A stretch of 60,619 nt of DNA, the filler included. It is 8 parts of 8 records of this genome, joined end to end, with 100 filler letters (N's around TTAATTAATTAA, not from the genome) between each part and the next. Parts side by side here need not be neighbours in the genome. Positions count along the whole stretch, not along the records: positions 34,863 to 46,627 come from SRR31147125_77066; positions 46,728 to 53,128 come from SRR31147125_77232; 6 more parts are not named here. One strand, given 5' to 3'. Positions 40,685 to 52,352 of the stretch are shown one piece after another. Each line of letters starts with the position of its first letter. The first letter of the stretch is position 1. The notes beneath the pieces are model-generated. The model saw nothing but the letters and a program-made list of their open reading frames with translations. It did no database searches and was not told the origin of the DNA. The position numbers and the translations under genes were made by a program.

Positions 40685-42074
40685 ATGAAAAGGTATTCTT
40701 TAACACGCCGTAATTTTCTTACAGCTACATTAACCGCATCCATAGCAGGTTCAAAAGGAATTCGTGCTGCCGTTCAGGAAACATCTTTACGCAAACCGAA
40801 TATCATCTACATCATGGCAGATGACCTTGGCTACGCTGACCTGGGCTGCTATGGACAACAAAAAATCAAAACTCCTCACATCGACCAGTTGGCAAGGCGA
40901 GGAACGCGGTTTACACAAGTATATTGTGGCTCGGCTGTGTGCGCTCCTTCACGGCATGCACTGATGACTGGTCAACATATGGGGCATGCTACGATTCGTG
41001 GAAACCATCCAAAAGTGGGTGGAATACCTTCCTTATAAAGAACCTTCCACACGTTTACCATTAGCCTCCAAAGACGTCACTGTGGCTCAAATTCTAAAAA
41101 ATGCTGGCTATGCGACTGGTATTACCGGCAAATGGGGGATCGGCGAAGCAAACACAGATGCCACCCCTAATCAAAAAGGATTTGATGAATGGCTGGGATA
41201 TCTGAATCAGGATCATGCGGTTTATTATTGGACGGATACGCTATGGCTCAATCGTCAGAAACTACACATTCAGGAAAATCAAGATAATAGGCGAGGAAAA
41301 TACACTCACCATCTTTTTACGGATTTTGCGATTGATTTTATCGCTGATCATAAAGATCGTCCTTTCTTCCTTTATTTGGCTTTTACTATTCCACATTCAA
41401 AAATTGTTGTACCTGATCTCGGGCCATATGCTGAAAAAAAGTGGCCCGAGTCCATGAAAACCTACGCTGCTATGATTTGGCAATTAGATCAATCGGTCGG
41501 TCGGATTATCGAAGAAGTTGAAAAACAAGGATTGACTGATGATACCATAATCTTTTTCTGTTCAGACAATGGTGTAGCCAGGCAGGAATGGATTGATTTT
41601 TTTCACAGTCACGGTGGTTTACGGGGCAAAAAAGGCGATCTGCTTGAAGGTGGCATTCGAACACCCATGATTGTGACATGGCCAGGAAAAATTCCTGCCG
41701 GTCGTATCAATCAGGATTCTGTATGGTATTTTCCCGATTTTCTTCCCACGGCAGCTGATCTTGCTCATGCGCAACCCCCGTCCAATATTGATGGAATTTC
41801 GATTCTGCCAACGCTGTTGGGAAAACGACAAAATCTTGAGGAGCGCTACCTCTATTGGGAATTTCCGAGAAGAGATACCTATCAACAAGCCGCTCGCCAG
41901 GGTCGTTGGAAAGTTTATCGTAATAGATTCGATGAGCCATTACAATTATACAATTTGGAAGCGGACCCGGCGGAACTTTACAACCTTGCAGCTCAACATC
42001 CTGATATGATTCAACGGTTTGAGGAGTATATCAAACATGTACGAATTGAATCACCTCACTGGCCATCTAAATAA
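40685..42074 (+). CDS. Arylsulfatase-family (S1) sulfatase with Tat signal (frameshift ~41020-41035)
   Basis: TRRNFL; ADDLGY; CAPSR formylglycine motif; GKWG; SDNG; EGGIRTP. Confidence 0.9.
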
Positions 42075-42441
42075 TACGAGAGGGATGGAAAAGTCATCCC
42101 GTAATGTGGAAAAATTCCATTCTTCATGCTAAATTATATGTTTATTTAAATGTCTGAATGAATGACCGTGCGAATATTATCCAAACAAAAAAGCGCATCT
42201 GCTATGTTCTGGTACTTTTTCGCCATGAATTTCCATAACATTTACAATTCCTCAGAAAAAAACAGGATTATTTTTTTTCCGGTGCAATGTTCGACTTTTT
42301 CTATAATTGGTGGCGTAGAATTGAGTACATATGAACCTGTTTTATTTGATAAAATACCAGAATATTCTTGTCGTTTCATTTTAAAAAGGCTTCCAATCCA
42401 CAAACCATCTGTAGATAAATAATCGATAAAAAGGTATAACC

Positions 42442-45400
42442 ATGAATTATAAAATAATAATCGCGATTATTTTGAGTATGCAATTAATAAACTGCACGCA
42501 AAAACAAAGCCAACTCTCTTATTTTGATACGCAGTCAAACATAGATTACCAAAAATTAAAAGAAGGCTTTTACAACGTTCCGCAGGAAGCCAAAATGCGG
42601 GCCTGGTGGTTTTGGATGAGTGGCATTGCAACCAAAAAATCCATCACGCAGGACCTGGAGGCTATGAAAGCCAATAACATTGCCGGGACAATACTTTGTG
42701 ATAATGGCGGTGATTACTCTCCACCCGGCGTCGTTTTTATGAGTGCTGAATGGAAAGAGAACTTTGCACATGTCATCAAAGAAGCAGACAGGCTGGGAAT
42801 AGAGATAAGCCTGAATATTCAGAGCGGGTGCGGGGATCCGGGCAATCCCAACATCAAAGATGACAACGGTCTGAAAAAAGTGACCTGGAGCGAAATACAG
42901 GTTCGTGGACCAAAGAAAATTGAAATGGAACTGCCCCTGCCTGCCAACGAGATTTTTTATAAAGACCTTACCGTTCAGGCCATTAAAACCATGGAATCAG
43001 ACAAACGTAAAGATGGGTTGATAAAAAACTGGAGTGTCAAGAGTTTCAACAAGAAGGAGAGGTGGAGTAAAGCACTGGATCGCTATGATTTGAACCAGTT
43101 TTATGACACTTTTGAAAAAGACAGAGAAGACGCAGCTATTGCAAAAAATGATGTCATTGATTTGAGTGGTTATTACAAAGATGGCAAACTCACCTGGGAT
43201 GTTCCTGCAGGTGAATGGACCATTATCCGTTATGGTTATACCTCCACCGGTAAACGAAACGACTATGCCAGCGAAGGCTATAAAGGCGGATTGTGTTACG
43301 ATCCCATTCATAAAAGAGGGATAAATGCCCAGTGGAAAGATGTGATAAAACCCTTGATTGATATTGCCAAAGCAAATGGTAACAGCCTGAAATATGTGCA
43401 TGTTGACAGTTGGGAAATGGGGACAACAAACTGGACGCACGATTTTGAAACAGAATTTAAAGAACGGCGAGGCTATGATATAGAACCTTATTTGCCTATA
43501 CTGACAGGCCGCATTGTGGGCAGCAGGGAAATTGCCAACCGTTTCCTGGAAGATTTTCGCACAACCGTTGGTGATTTGGCAGCGCAATATAACTACAGTG
43601 AGTTATACCGATTGGCACATTCCGAGGGTATTTCCATGCACTCGGAAAACGCAGGTCCGCACCTGCCTCCGGTTGATGGTTTTAAGGTCCTTGGAATAAA
43701 TGATATACCCATGGGTGAAACCTGGGCAAGGTCTACCACCCATCGTAGTACTGAGGGGAGAAGGATACATATCAAAATGGGTTCCAGTGCGGCACACATT
43801 TATGGCAAACGTTTTTTTGCTGCCGAGATACCCTCTTCCATAGGCCCGATTTGGGAACGAAGCCCGGCTGATGTAAAAATTGTTTTCGACAGGGCATTTT
43901 GTACTGGTGTAAACCGGGTAAACTGGCATACCTACACTTCATCGCCCGATGAATACGGCCTGCCAGGAGTTGAGTATTTTGCAGGCACGCATATGAACAG
44001 GCATGTAACCTGGTGGAAAGAGGCAAAAGCATTTACTGAATATGTAAACCGGGCACAGCATATGTTAACACAAGGATTGCATGTGGCCGATGTATTGGGC
44101 TACGTGGGGAGCGGAGTGCCATTATTTGGATTTCTGAATAGTGATCGTGGCGATATTCCCCAAGGGTATGCCTGGGATATGTGCAACGGCGATGTACTTT
44201 TAAACCGTGCGAGTGTAAAAAACGGACGCATTTATTTGACGGATGGTAAAAACTATTCACTCCTTGCACTCTCAAAACATAAAGATATATCGTTACCGGT
44301 GTTAAAGAAAATTGAGGAACTGGTAAAAAAGGGAGCGGTTTTGGTCGGAAATCCACCAGAAAGGGCTTCGGGATTGACAGCTTACCCTGAATCGGACAAG
44401 GAACTGGAAACCATTGTAAAAAGACTCTGGGGAGACGCTGAGGGTACATCCACATTTGTAAATAACTTTGGAAAAGGTAAAGTGTATGCCGGAAAAACAG
44501 TGGCAGAGGTATTGGAACTGGAAAAAATGAAACCCGACCTGGCCTGGGAACCAAAGGAAGATATTGACCTGGAATACATCCACCGTACATCAGGTGATGT
44601 GGATATCTATTATGTTCTGAACAAATGGGCATGGAAGGGCATCAACGATTTAAATCCAAGACATGTTGCCGCTCTGCCCGACAGGTATATTCAAACAAAA
44701 TGTACATTCAGGGTAAATGGTGACAGAAAAATTGAACGTTGGGATCCTGTTACAGGTGAAATTACCCCGGTGGAAGTGTATGAATCCCAGAACGGTTGCT
44801 ACACTTTGCCGGTTTCCCTGGAACCGGAAGGAGCTGCTTTTTACGTGTTTAGCAAAGCAGAAAAATCAAGTCATGTTACCAAAATAAAAAAAGATGGTGA
44901 AGAGCTGGTCGAAGGAAATTCCCCATTTACCACAGGAGCTTCCGGGCTCATCGTAAAGGATAATCGATTGGAAGTATCTGACAACGGTGAGTATAAACTC
45001 ACTTTTGATGATGGAAAAGAAGTTAAATTTAAACATACGGAGGCCGTTGAAGGAATAAATCTGGACGGCACATGGCAGGTGACTTTTATGGAAAAACAAT
45101 TATTGGGAGAGCCATTCACTGCTACTTTTGATGAATTAAAATCCTGGACAGAATCGGATAAACACAAAATCAAATATTTTTCCGGTACGGCACGCTACCA
45201 AAAGTACTTTACCTTAGAAAAAGATAAAATTTCCAATGGCCGTGCTTATCTGGATCTTGGGAAAGTGGGAGATATTGCCTCGGTTAAAGTTAACAGCAAA
45301 AAAGTGGGAATTTATTGGAAACCGCCATATATTGTCGATATTACAGACTATGTAAAAGAAGGAGAAAATGACCTTGAAATTGCTGTAACCAATTTATGGG

Positions 45401-45579
45401 TAAACAGATTGATAGGTGATGAAAAGCTACCGGCTGAAATGCGAAAAACATCAACCAACCTGGTAAATGAGGCCAGATATGAAAAACTTAAAGGGGCTGA
45501 TGCAGACAAGTATCTGAGATATTCGGGATTGATGGGGTCGGTAAAGATTCAGTTTTCTAAAATCTACCAAATAAGATGA
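42442..45579 (+). CDS. Glycoside hydrolase family 106 (alpha-L-rhamnosidase-like), probable lipoprotein
   Basis: LINC lipobox-like; WWFWMSG..TK..IT.DLEAM, DSWEMG, DIPMGE; C-terminal FSGTARY...LDLG...N.LEI.VTN.WVNR.IGD. Confidence 0.85.
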   Translation: MNYKIIIAIILSMQLINCTQKQSQLSYFDTQSNIDYQKLKEGFYNVPQEAKMRAWWFWMSGIATKKSITQDLEAMKANNIAGTILCDNGGDYSPPGVVFMSAEWKENFAHVIKEADRLGIEISLNIQSGCGDPGNPNIKDDNGLKKVTWSEIQVRGPKKIEMELPLPANEIFYKDLTVQAIKTMESDKRKDGLIKNWSVKSFNKKERWSKALDRYDLNQFYDTFEKDREDAAIAKNDVIDLSGYYKDGKLTWDVPAGEWTIIRYGYTSTGKRNDYASEGYKGGLCYDPIHKRGINAQWKDVIKPLIDIAKANGNSLKYVHVDSWEMGTTNWTHDFETEFKERRGYDIEPYLPILTGRIVGSREIANRFLEDFRTTVGDLAAQYNYSELYRLAHSEGISMHSENAGPHLPPVDGFKVLGINDIPMGETWARSTTHRSTEGRRIHIKMGSSAAHIYGKRFFAAEIPSSIGPIWERSPADVKIVFDRAFCTGVNRVNWHTYTSSPDEYGLPGVEYFAGTHMNRHVTWWKEAKAFTEYVNRAQHMLTQGLHVADVLGYVGSGVPLFGFLNSDRGDIPQGYAWDMCNGDVLLNRASVKNGRIYLTDGKNYSLLALSKHKDISLPVLKKIEELVKKGAVLVGNPPERASGLTAYPESDKELETIVKRLWGDAEGTSTFVNNFGKGKVYAGKTVAEVLELEKMKPDLAWEPKEDIDLEYIHRTSGDVDIYYVLNKWAWKGINDLNPRHVAALPDRYIQTKCTFRVNGDRKIERWDPVTGEITPVEVYESQNGCYTLPVSLEPEGAAFYVFSKAEKSSHVTKIKKDGEELVEGNSPFTTGASGLIVKDNRLEVSDNGEYKLTFDDGKEVKFKHTEAVEGINLDGTWQVTFMEKQLLGEPFTATFDELKSWTESDKHKIKYFSGTARYQKYFTLEKDKISNGRAYLDLGKVGDIASVKVNSKKVGIYWKPPYIVDITDYVKEGENDLEIAVTNLWVNRLIGDEKLPAEMRKTSTNLVNEARYEKLKGADADKYLRYSGLMGSVKIQFSKIYQIR

Positions 45580-45735
45580 AAAATCGATCCAATAGAATTA
45601 TGCTCTTTGCATTAATCTTATCGCTGCTATTGGTTGGTTTTTTCAAAAATATTTCTGAATTTACAGTATCCTGAGCATTGAATATCCTTTGCGCAAGTGA
45701 TGCTCACGTTCAATCTGAATAGGAGGTAAGAAGAG

Positions 45736-46627
45736 ATGGAGGACACACACATTGGAAGGCGACAATTTATGCAGTATTCTGCTGCTGGTGTTGTTTTTGC
45801 CGTCTCATCAAACGCGGCTTTGGCAGATGATTCGATTTCTCTGCGACAACCTGCAAAAAAGATTGAAGAGACTGTTACGACAAAGGCTGACATCCTTGTT
45901 GTCGGCGGCGGAACGGCGGGCACCATTGCGGCCATCCAGTCTGCCAGGGCTGGAACGAAAACGATCCTGATCGAGCGGGGATCTCAGCTTGGCGGCACAA
46001 CGACTACAGGAGGTGTGGCTTTCCCGGGGATTTTTCATGCCTGGGGGAAACAGATCATTTCCGGCATTGGATGGGAATTGGTAGTCGATACCGTTTTGTT
46101 GGATGGTGGCTGTTTTCCCGATTTTTCACTGGAAATAAACAATACTTCCGTCCGGCATTGGCGGCACCAGATACATATCAACCCGTTTTTGTATACCATC
46201 CTTGCCGAGGAAAAGTGTGAGGAAGCTGGAGTAGAAATTGCTTACTACGAATCTCCTCAGGCCATTACCAAAACAGCTAAGGGATGGCAGGTGGATTGTG
46301 TTGGATTTAGCACCCGGCGTCGTGTGTTGTGTAAGCAAATTATTGACTGTACAGGCGGTGCGGAGGTGGTCGGCCTTTTAAATCTCCCCCGGCTTCGTGA
46401 AGAAGAAACGCAACCCGGCTCCATGTTATTTCAACTGGGTAAAGCCAATAATCCCGGACGCCAAAATGGCCCGGGAACAGGTACCCTGGATGCTCTGTAT
46501 GTTCACGGAGCTGATTCAACCAATTCCCGAACCGTTACAGCAGCAAACCTGGCAGGTCGTAAGGCCGTTCTTGAAAAAGTCCGGGCATCTAAAAAACGTT
46601 TAATGCACCTACAGCCAGAGGTTGGTT
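45736..46627 (+). CDS. FAD-dependent oxidoreductase (FAD_oxidored-type) with Tat signal, 3'-truncated
   Basis: GRRQFMQ; DILVVGGGTAG..AAI..AR.G; IDCTGGA. Confidence 0.85.
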
Positions 46628-46727
46628 NNNNNNNNNNNNNNNNNNNNNNNNNNNNNNNNNNNNNNNNNNNNTTAATTAATTAANNNNNNNNNNNNNNNNN
46701 NNNNNNNNNNNNNNNNNNNNNNNNNNN
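46628..46727. other. Artificial contig spacer
   Basis: N44-TTAATTAATTAA-N44. Confidence 0.99.
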
Positions 46728-46840
46728 GTATTTGAAATTTCATCCGAATGGACCGGGCTTGAGCATATAAAAAAAGATAGAACCAAAAGGCTCCATCTGA
46801 TTTGTATCAAGCGAGAAATGGTCTTTTTATTGGCTGCCAT
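46728..46840 (-). CDS. Possible N-terminus of an exported protein downstream of the riboswitch (truncated)
   Basis: ATG 46840 after AAAGGGA; MAANKKTISRLIQIRWSLLVLSF... is signal-peptide-like, with a probable slip in a T-run. Confidence 0.35.
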
Positions 46841-46980
46841 TATAGCACTTGTTCCCTTTTAATCCGGTGCAAAATATAATGGATACTTTTTCTTATTGCT
46901 GTGAAAGGGTCAGAAAGAAAGGATTGAGATATTGCCTATTTTGATCAGGCAATCCGATTACGGAAATTTTATGAAATTCC

Positions 46981-47061
46981 CATGTTCTGTAATCCGGCTG
47001 TCTTTTTAAAGACCCGTGACTTTCTGTCCCTGCTTCACAGCAAGTTTAGCTTTCAAACATG
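46981..47061 (-). ncRNA. c-di-GMP-I (GEMM-I) riboswitch
   Basis: Minus strand reads CAUGUUUGAAAGCUAAACUUGCU-GUGA-AGCAGGGACAGAAAGUCACGGGUCUUUAAAAAGACAGCCGGAUUACAGAACAUG: P1 CAUGUUU/GAACAUG, P2 with GNRA loop, GGGAC.GAAAG junction, P3 GUCUUU/AAAGAC. Confidence 0.85.
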
Positions 47062-47069
47062 TGCTCTCC

Positions 47070-47097
47070 ACAATACTTTCATAATCAACAGTGTCAA
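47070..47097 (-). promoter_or_regulatory. Putative sigma70 promoter for the riboswitch leader
   Basis: TTGACA-16 bp-TATTGT ending 8 nt before P1. Confidence 0.5.
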
Positions 47098-47199
47098 CCC
47101 GAATCACTCAAATTAGCCGCATAGAATTCACTTTTTACGATATCCTAAATTTTGACAAACAGATTGCAAATCCACTGCTAAAATTTCGGACACAGATAG

Positions 47200-47305
47200 T
47201 CAAAACAAATGGGTGGATGCCACCAGCCAATCGAATCGGGTCTGGAGTGATATATCTTCTTGTTGCGGGATCATAATACCGATGCATATTATAATGACCT
47301 GGCAG
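47200..47305 (-). pseudogene. Rhs repeat-associated core remnant
   Basis: HYNMHRYYDPATRRYITPDPIRLAGGIHPFV; no upstream Rhs body and no downstream toxin. Confidence 0.7.
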
Positions 47306-47511
47306 GGGCAATTCCAAACACTTTGCCTAATCGTGAAATAATAATTCATTCAGGCCCATGTTTGCAAAAAAATAGGGTGGGCGATGCCTGAAAACAAAAG
47401 GGTTTGACCCCAAAAAATATACATTCAAGTGTTGACCGGGCCAGCACAAACCATTATCAATAAAAGACTATAAATTTGGAAAACCAAGACATCAGAAAGG
47501 ACTTAAACCCC

Positions 47512-48462
47512 ATGCTCCACTTTCTGCCCGGCCCTGTGAAAGGCTGCCTCTCTTTTCTGGGCTATTTTCTGAATACCGTGATCTTCACAGTGCCCCTGAT
47601 CCTTGCTTCTCTGCTGAAATTTGTCATCCCGGCCAGGGGATTTATCGTCCGGCTGGATAAATTTCTCATTGGCATCGCCTCCCTCTGGATCTCCTTTAAC
47701 GGGTTTAACGCCATGCTGTTCAATCAAATTAAATGGGATATCCGGGGGGCCAGCCAGCTCAAAAAGCAGGACTGGTACCTGGTCCTGTCAAACCACCAGT
47801 CCTGGGTGGATATTTTAGTGCTTCAAAAGGTGTTTAACCGGAAAATCCCCATGCTCAAGTTCTTTCTTAAAAAAGAGTTGATCTGGGTGCCCTTTTTAGG
47901 CCTTGCCTGGTGGGCCCTGGACTTCCCCTTTATGAAACGCTACTCCAAGAAATTTTTAGCAAAACACCCCCATCTCAAGGGCAAAGATCTGGAAAACACT
48001 AAAAAAGCATGTGAAAGATTCAAGCATACCCCGGTATCGGTGATGAATTTTGTGGAGGGGACCCGGTTCACAGCACAAAAAAAGGAAGTTCAGCACTCCC
48101 CCCATGCCCATTTGCTGACGCCCCGGGCCGGGGGTATTGCCTTTGTTTTGGGATCCATGGGGGAGTATTTGCATAAGATCGTCAATGTCACCATTGTCTA
48201 TCCGGGAAAAATTCCCACCTTCTGGGAGTATATTTCAGGAAAAATGACACAGGTCATCGTGGATATCGAGGTATTTCCCGTGGCATCGGAATTAAAGGGA
48301 GACTATTTCACCGATCCTGAGTTCAAGGAGGCATTCTGCACCTGGCTGAACCGGCTCTGGGAGGAAAAAGACAATACGATTAGCCGGGTGCTGGCCTCTG
48401 CTCAGGATGACACCAATGACGGTGGAGAGCAAATAAGCCGGGCGGGCAACCTTGGTGCCTAA
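47512..48462 (+). CDS. YihG-like lysophospholipid acyltransferase (PlsC superfamily)
   Basis: NHQSWVD, FFLKKELIWVPFLG, FVEGTRF, PRAGG. Confidence 0.88.
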   Translation: MLHFLPGPVKGCLSFLGYFLNTVIFTVPLILASLLKFVIPARGFIVRLDKFLIGIASLWISFNGFNAMLFNQIKWDIRGASQLKKQDWYLVLSNHQSWVDILVLQKVFNRKIPMLKFFLKKELIWVPFLGLAWWALDFPFMKRYSKKFLAKHPHLKGKDLENTKKACERFKHTPVSVMNFVEGTRFTAQKKEVQHSPHAHLLTPRAGGIAFVLGSMGEYLHKIVNVTIVYPGKIPTFWEYISGKMTQVIVDIEVFPVASELKGDYFTDPEFKEAFCTWLNRLWEEKDNTISRVLASAQDDTNDGGEQISRAGNLGA

Positions 48463-48467
48463 CCGGA

Positions 48468-50622
48468 TTAATAATTGCCCACCTGCATCTGGTAGGAGGT
48501 GCGCTCCCCATCTTCAGTGTTTGTTTTAAACAGCAGTTCGGAGATTCTTGAGTGGCGAACCTCCTTTTCCACCGTATATTCACTATGTTTACCGATGATC
48601 TGGGTGCCGCTTAAAATGGCGCCTTCCACAGCCACCATGGCTTTGCCCGGATTATCCTTAGCCCATTTACTCAAATTATTTCTCTCGGCCACAAGCTCGT
48701 CCTTTTGTTTTACCAATTTTTCTATGATCCGGACGATCTTTTTCATGGCATTCTCAATGGCTTCGGACTTTTCAAAGCAGTGATCCAGCTTTTTTTCCGC
48801 CTCATCCACATCAGCCCCCAGCTCCGCAAGCCTGCGCGTTAATTCTCCTGCATCAGAGCCCCCTGAGTCCTTGAGCTGGGTATCGATTTCCCTCTGCTCA
48901 AGCTGGGCCCGGTCCTGGACATGGGCCAGTTCCGTGATCTCTTTTTGCAGCCGGGTATTCTGCTCCTTTAACTTATCCCTTTTGGCCTCCTGGCCCAGGA
49001 TGACCTCCTTGATCTTGGCCACCTCCACCTTATTCTTTTTTAGTTCCCGCTCGGTAAAGGCATCATGACCGACTTTAATGACCGAGGGCTGGCCCATTTC
49101 AGTACCGATATTCCGGGCCATAAGCCCCATCTTCGCCGTTACCGTGGATGAGATGAGCTTGCCGTTGGCAATGGAGCAGGAGCCTGAGGTTTCAATGCTG
49201 GAGTCTACGATCTCCTTTTGAACATACACATCCCCCATACAGAAAATTTCGGCATTGTGAATAAATTTGGCATAGACATTGCCTCGGGCATAGACCCGGC
49301 CTTCGTTGATGCCGCCGGCCACCTTGACATCCCCTTCAGCCTCCACCATGCCGCCGTCCAGTTCAACGGTGGTGACGTCGTTGCCCCGGACTTTGAATCC
49401 GGATTTGATGCAGCCTTTGACATTGACGTTCCCGTCAAATTCTATGTGTCCGGTTTCATAGTCAACGTCCCCGCCTGCGGTATACTCCTCATGGACAAAG
49501 ACCACCCCGCCCAGGGAATACTTGGGATACCCCCGAACCTCGGCAAGCAGCTTGAGCCCATCCTCGGACAGCACCACCCCATGGCCGAACCGGAGAGGCT
49601 CATCCTCGCCCTTTTCCGTAATGACCTCGTCGCCATAGATATTCTGTCCCCAACGGGCCTCCACCCGGGGGTTTTCTCCGCCAGCACCGTTCCCTTGTCC
49701 ACCAGGGGGATTTCCCCCCGCTGCTTGAAATCAATATACCCGTTATCATCCATGCCCCCGGCCTTGAGGTAGTCGGTGTTGAAAAAGAACTCCACCTTGG
49801 CATCCTGACCCTGGATGGGGCGTATCCCTTTGGCCACCCGAAAGGACTGGGTTTTAAAACCTGAAGACTGGATAAAACCGTTAATCATCTCTTCTGAAAC
49901 AATACCGGAAACCACCCCCCGATCCAGCAGCTCCTCCTTGAGATCCGAGGCCAGGACATTATCGTCAAAGTGATCGGTCTTGGTCAGAAAGGCGGCCATA
50001 AAATCGGAACTGATCTGAAGCTGAATGCCCCCGGTAATGATCTCCGGCTCCAGCAGGGTAACCTCCTGACCATTGGTTGCCCGGGAGACGTTTCCGTTTT
50101 CTTTGACAGCCGATTCAGCCTGGGGTGTTGAGTCTTCCGGGGAGGCGTCCTGGGCGGTTTTCTGTTCCGGTGCAATTACGACGGCGGCAATGGCATTTTT
50201 CCTTACCCGGTTCTGGAGCTTGAGGATATAGTCCCGCTGGCGTTCGGTTAAAAGCCCGGCATCCACCATCATATCCCCGATGAGACGCGGTTTTCTCTTT
50301 TCTTTGATATCGCTTTGCTGGTCTTCCAGAGCCAGATCCAGAACACTTTTATTGATAAAGCCCTTGGCCAGGGCAATGGCACCAAAAGTATACTCCTTTT
50401 GACGGATGGTAATGGCTTTGGCAGCCAGGGTCAGGCGCTGGATATTCTTATTGGAGATCAGCTCCTGGGAGAGAAAATAGGATTTGAGAGCCTCGTCCTG
50501 ATCCTTGGCATCCCGGACCTGGGTCATCCCCACCTCCAGTTCCGATTTGGTCACCAATTGATTCTTTAAGGCCAAAAGCCCGATCAGAGGAATCTTACTC
50601 TTTTTTTGGATCCGCCTGCCAT
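48468..50622 (-). CDS. FapA (DUF342) family protein with N-terminal MshEN-like repeats (frameshifts ~50601-50607 and ~49667-49671)
   Basis: GDVDYETGHIEFDGNVNVKG beta-helix and coiled coil of DUF342; N-terminal FGAIALAKGFI...ALEDQ and LIGDMMVDAGLLT...ILKLQ. Confidence 0.82.
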
Positions 50623-50644
50623 GGACCCTCCGGAGGGTTTAAGT

Positions 50645-52352
50645 TTAGAGCATTAATGCAACAAGTCCGGTTATCACAAAGGAAGACTCGAAAAGCACCT
50701 CATAGGGGCTCACGGACAAAAAGCGGTCTTCCCTGTACAATTTTAACAATAAAAGCATAAACAGGGGCACCAGGGCAAGAAAGAAGATGGCATTGCCCTG
50801 GGGACCTGCAAAATATCCAGCCACCGGCAACAAAGCCGTGGCCCCTAAGGTGCGATGAATATAGGCAAAGCTTTTCTTTTCCCCCAAAATAATGGGTAAG
50901 GTCTCCTTGCCTGAAATCCGGTCTCCCTGGATGGCCAGCACATCCACAAACACGGTTCTGGCAAAGACAAGGCCTGTGGAAAAGAAAAAGGCGATAAGGG
51001 CCATGGCAACAGGCACCCGGCCGGTAAGTGCCGGCAAAAGGCTGGTCACTACCCCCCAGGCCACGGCAATGAGAATGGTCTTGGACCCGGGAATATCCTT
51101 TATCCGGTGCACCCGGCTTTTTATCCAAAGGGGGATGATATTGCGGTTATAGGAAAATCCCAACAGGCTCATGGCCATAAGAATGGTAAAGCACAAAGGC
51201 CCCAGGGCCCAGGCAAGAGACAGTCCCAGCCCCCGGATACCACCACCAGCAACTTAAGGCTGATATGGTACTTTTTATAAAATGCCGCCCGATAGGGACG
51301 GTTATAGGTGTCCGCTCCAATAGTGATGATATTGTTCATGATCTGCATGGACAAAACATAGGCCATGGAAATGACCGCATGCATCAGGATATCTTTCCCA
51401 CCCTGGATGGCCGCAGCCCCAAAGGTCAGACAGCCGGCACCGACGGCCAGGAGGATATTGGTCTGGAGCAGGAAATTCAGGGTTCGAAACAAGGCGGCCT
51501 TTACCGGCTGCTGGTGCTGCATGGCCTGGTCCACCTGAAAGCAGGTCTCCTTGATGATCCAGTTGGGGGTGGAGGCACCGGCTGTAATGGCGATGGATTT
51601 GGCATCGGACAAGGCGTTGTAGTCTAGCTCGCAGGCATCTTCAATATGGGTGGCAAGCGTCCCGGTTTCCCTTACCACCTGGGCCAGGCGTTTGGTATTG
51701 CCGCTTTGCTTTCCCCCCACAACGATGACGGCATCATGGGTGTGGGCAAGCTCCCTGACCTCGTCCTGCCGTTTTTCAGTAGATCCGCAGATGGTATCAA
51801 ATATCTCATAGTGGGGGACATGGGTGTTACACCAGTCCTTGATCTCATCATAAAATCCCGTGTTCTGGGTGGTCTGTGCCACCACAACAGCCTTTTCAAA
51901 TTCAGGCAGGGCCTCAAGCTGTTCTAAGCGGGTCACGGTATGGCCCTGGCCCCTTGCATACCCTAAAAGCCCCACCACTTCAGGGTGTTTTTTATCCCCG
52001 ATAATGATGGTGGCATACCCCTTTTTCGCAAACTTATTGATAATAACCTGGACCCGAACCACCCGGGGGCAGGTCGCGTTAATAACGGTGAATCCCGCAT
52101 CTGCCAGGGCTTTTTCATCATCCGGCGGCACCCCGTGGGCCCGGATCAGCACCACCCCCTGCCCGTTTCCGGAATGGTATCCAGGCGATGGATATCCTTT
52201 CCCTCCAGCATTTCCAGGACCTGGGGATTATGGATGAGGGGGCCGTAGGTATAAATGGGGGTGTCGGAGCCATTGGCAGCATCCAATACCATATCCACCG
52301 CCCGCCTGACCCCCATGCAGAACCCGGCTGTTTTGGCAATGGAAATTCTCAT
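50645..52352 (-). CDS. ispH: IspH (LytB)-UbiA-like prenyltransferase fusion (frameshifts ~52155-52159 and ~51230-51234)
   Basis: GFCMGV, IHN, RAHG, ATCP, HPEV, QTT, TIC, SGNT, AGASTP; same frame continues into TM helices, then KDIPGSK and [17 protein letters not shown]. Confidence 0.88.
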
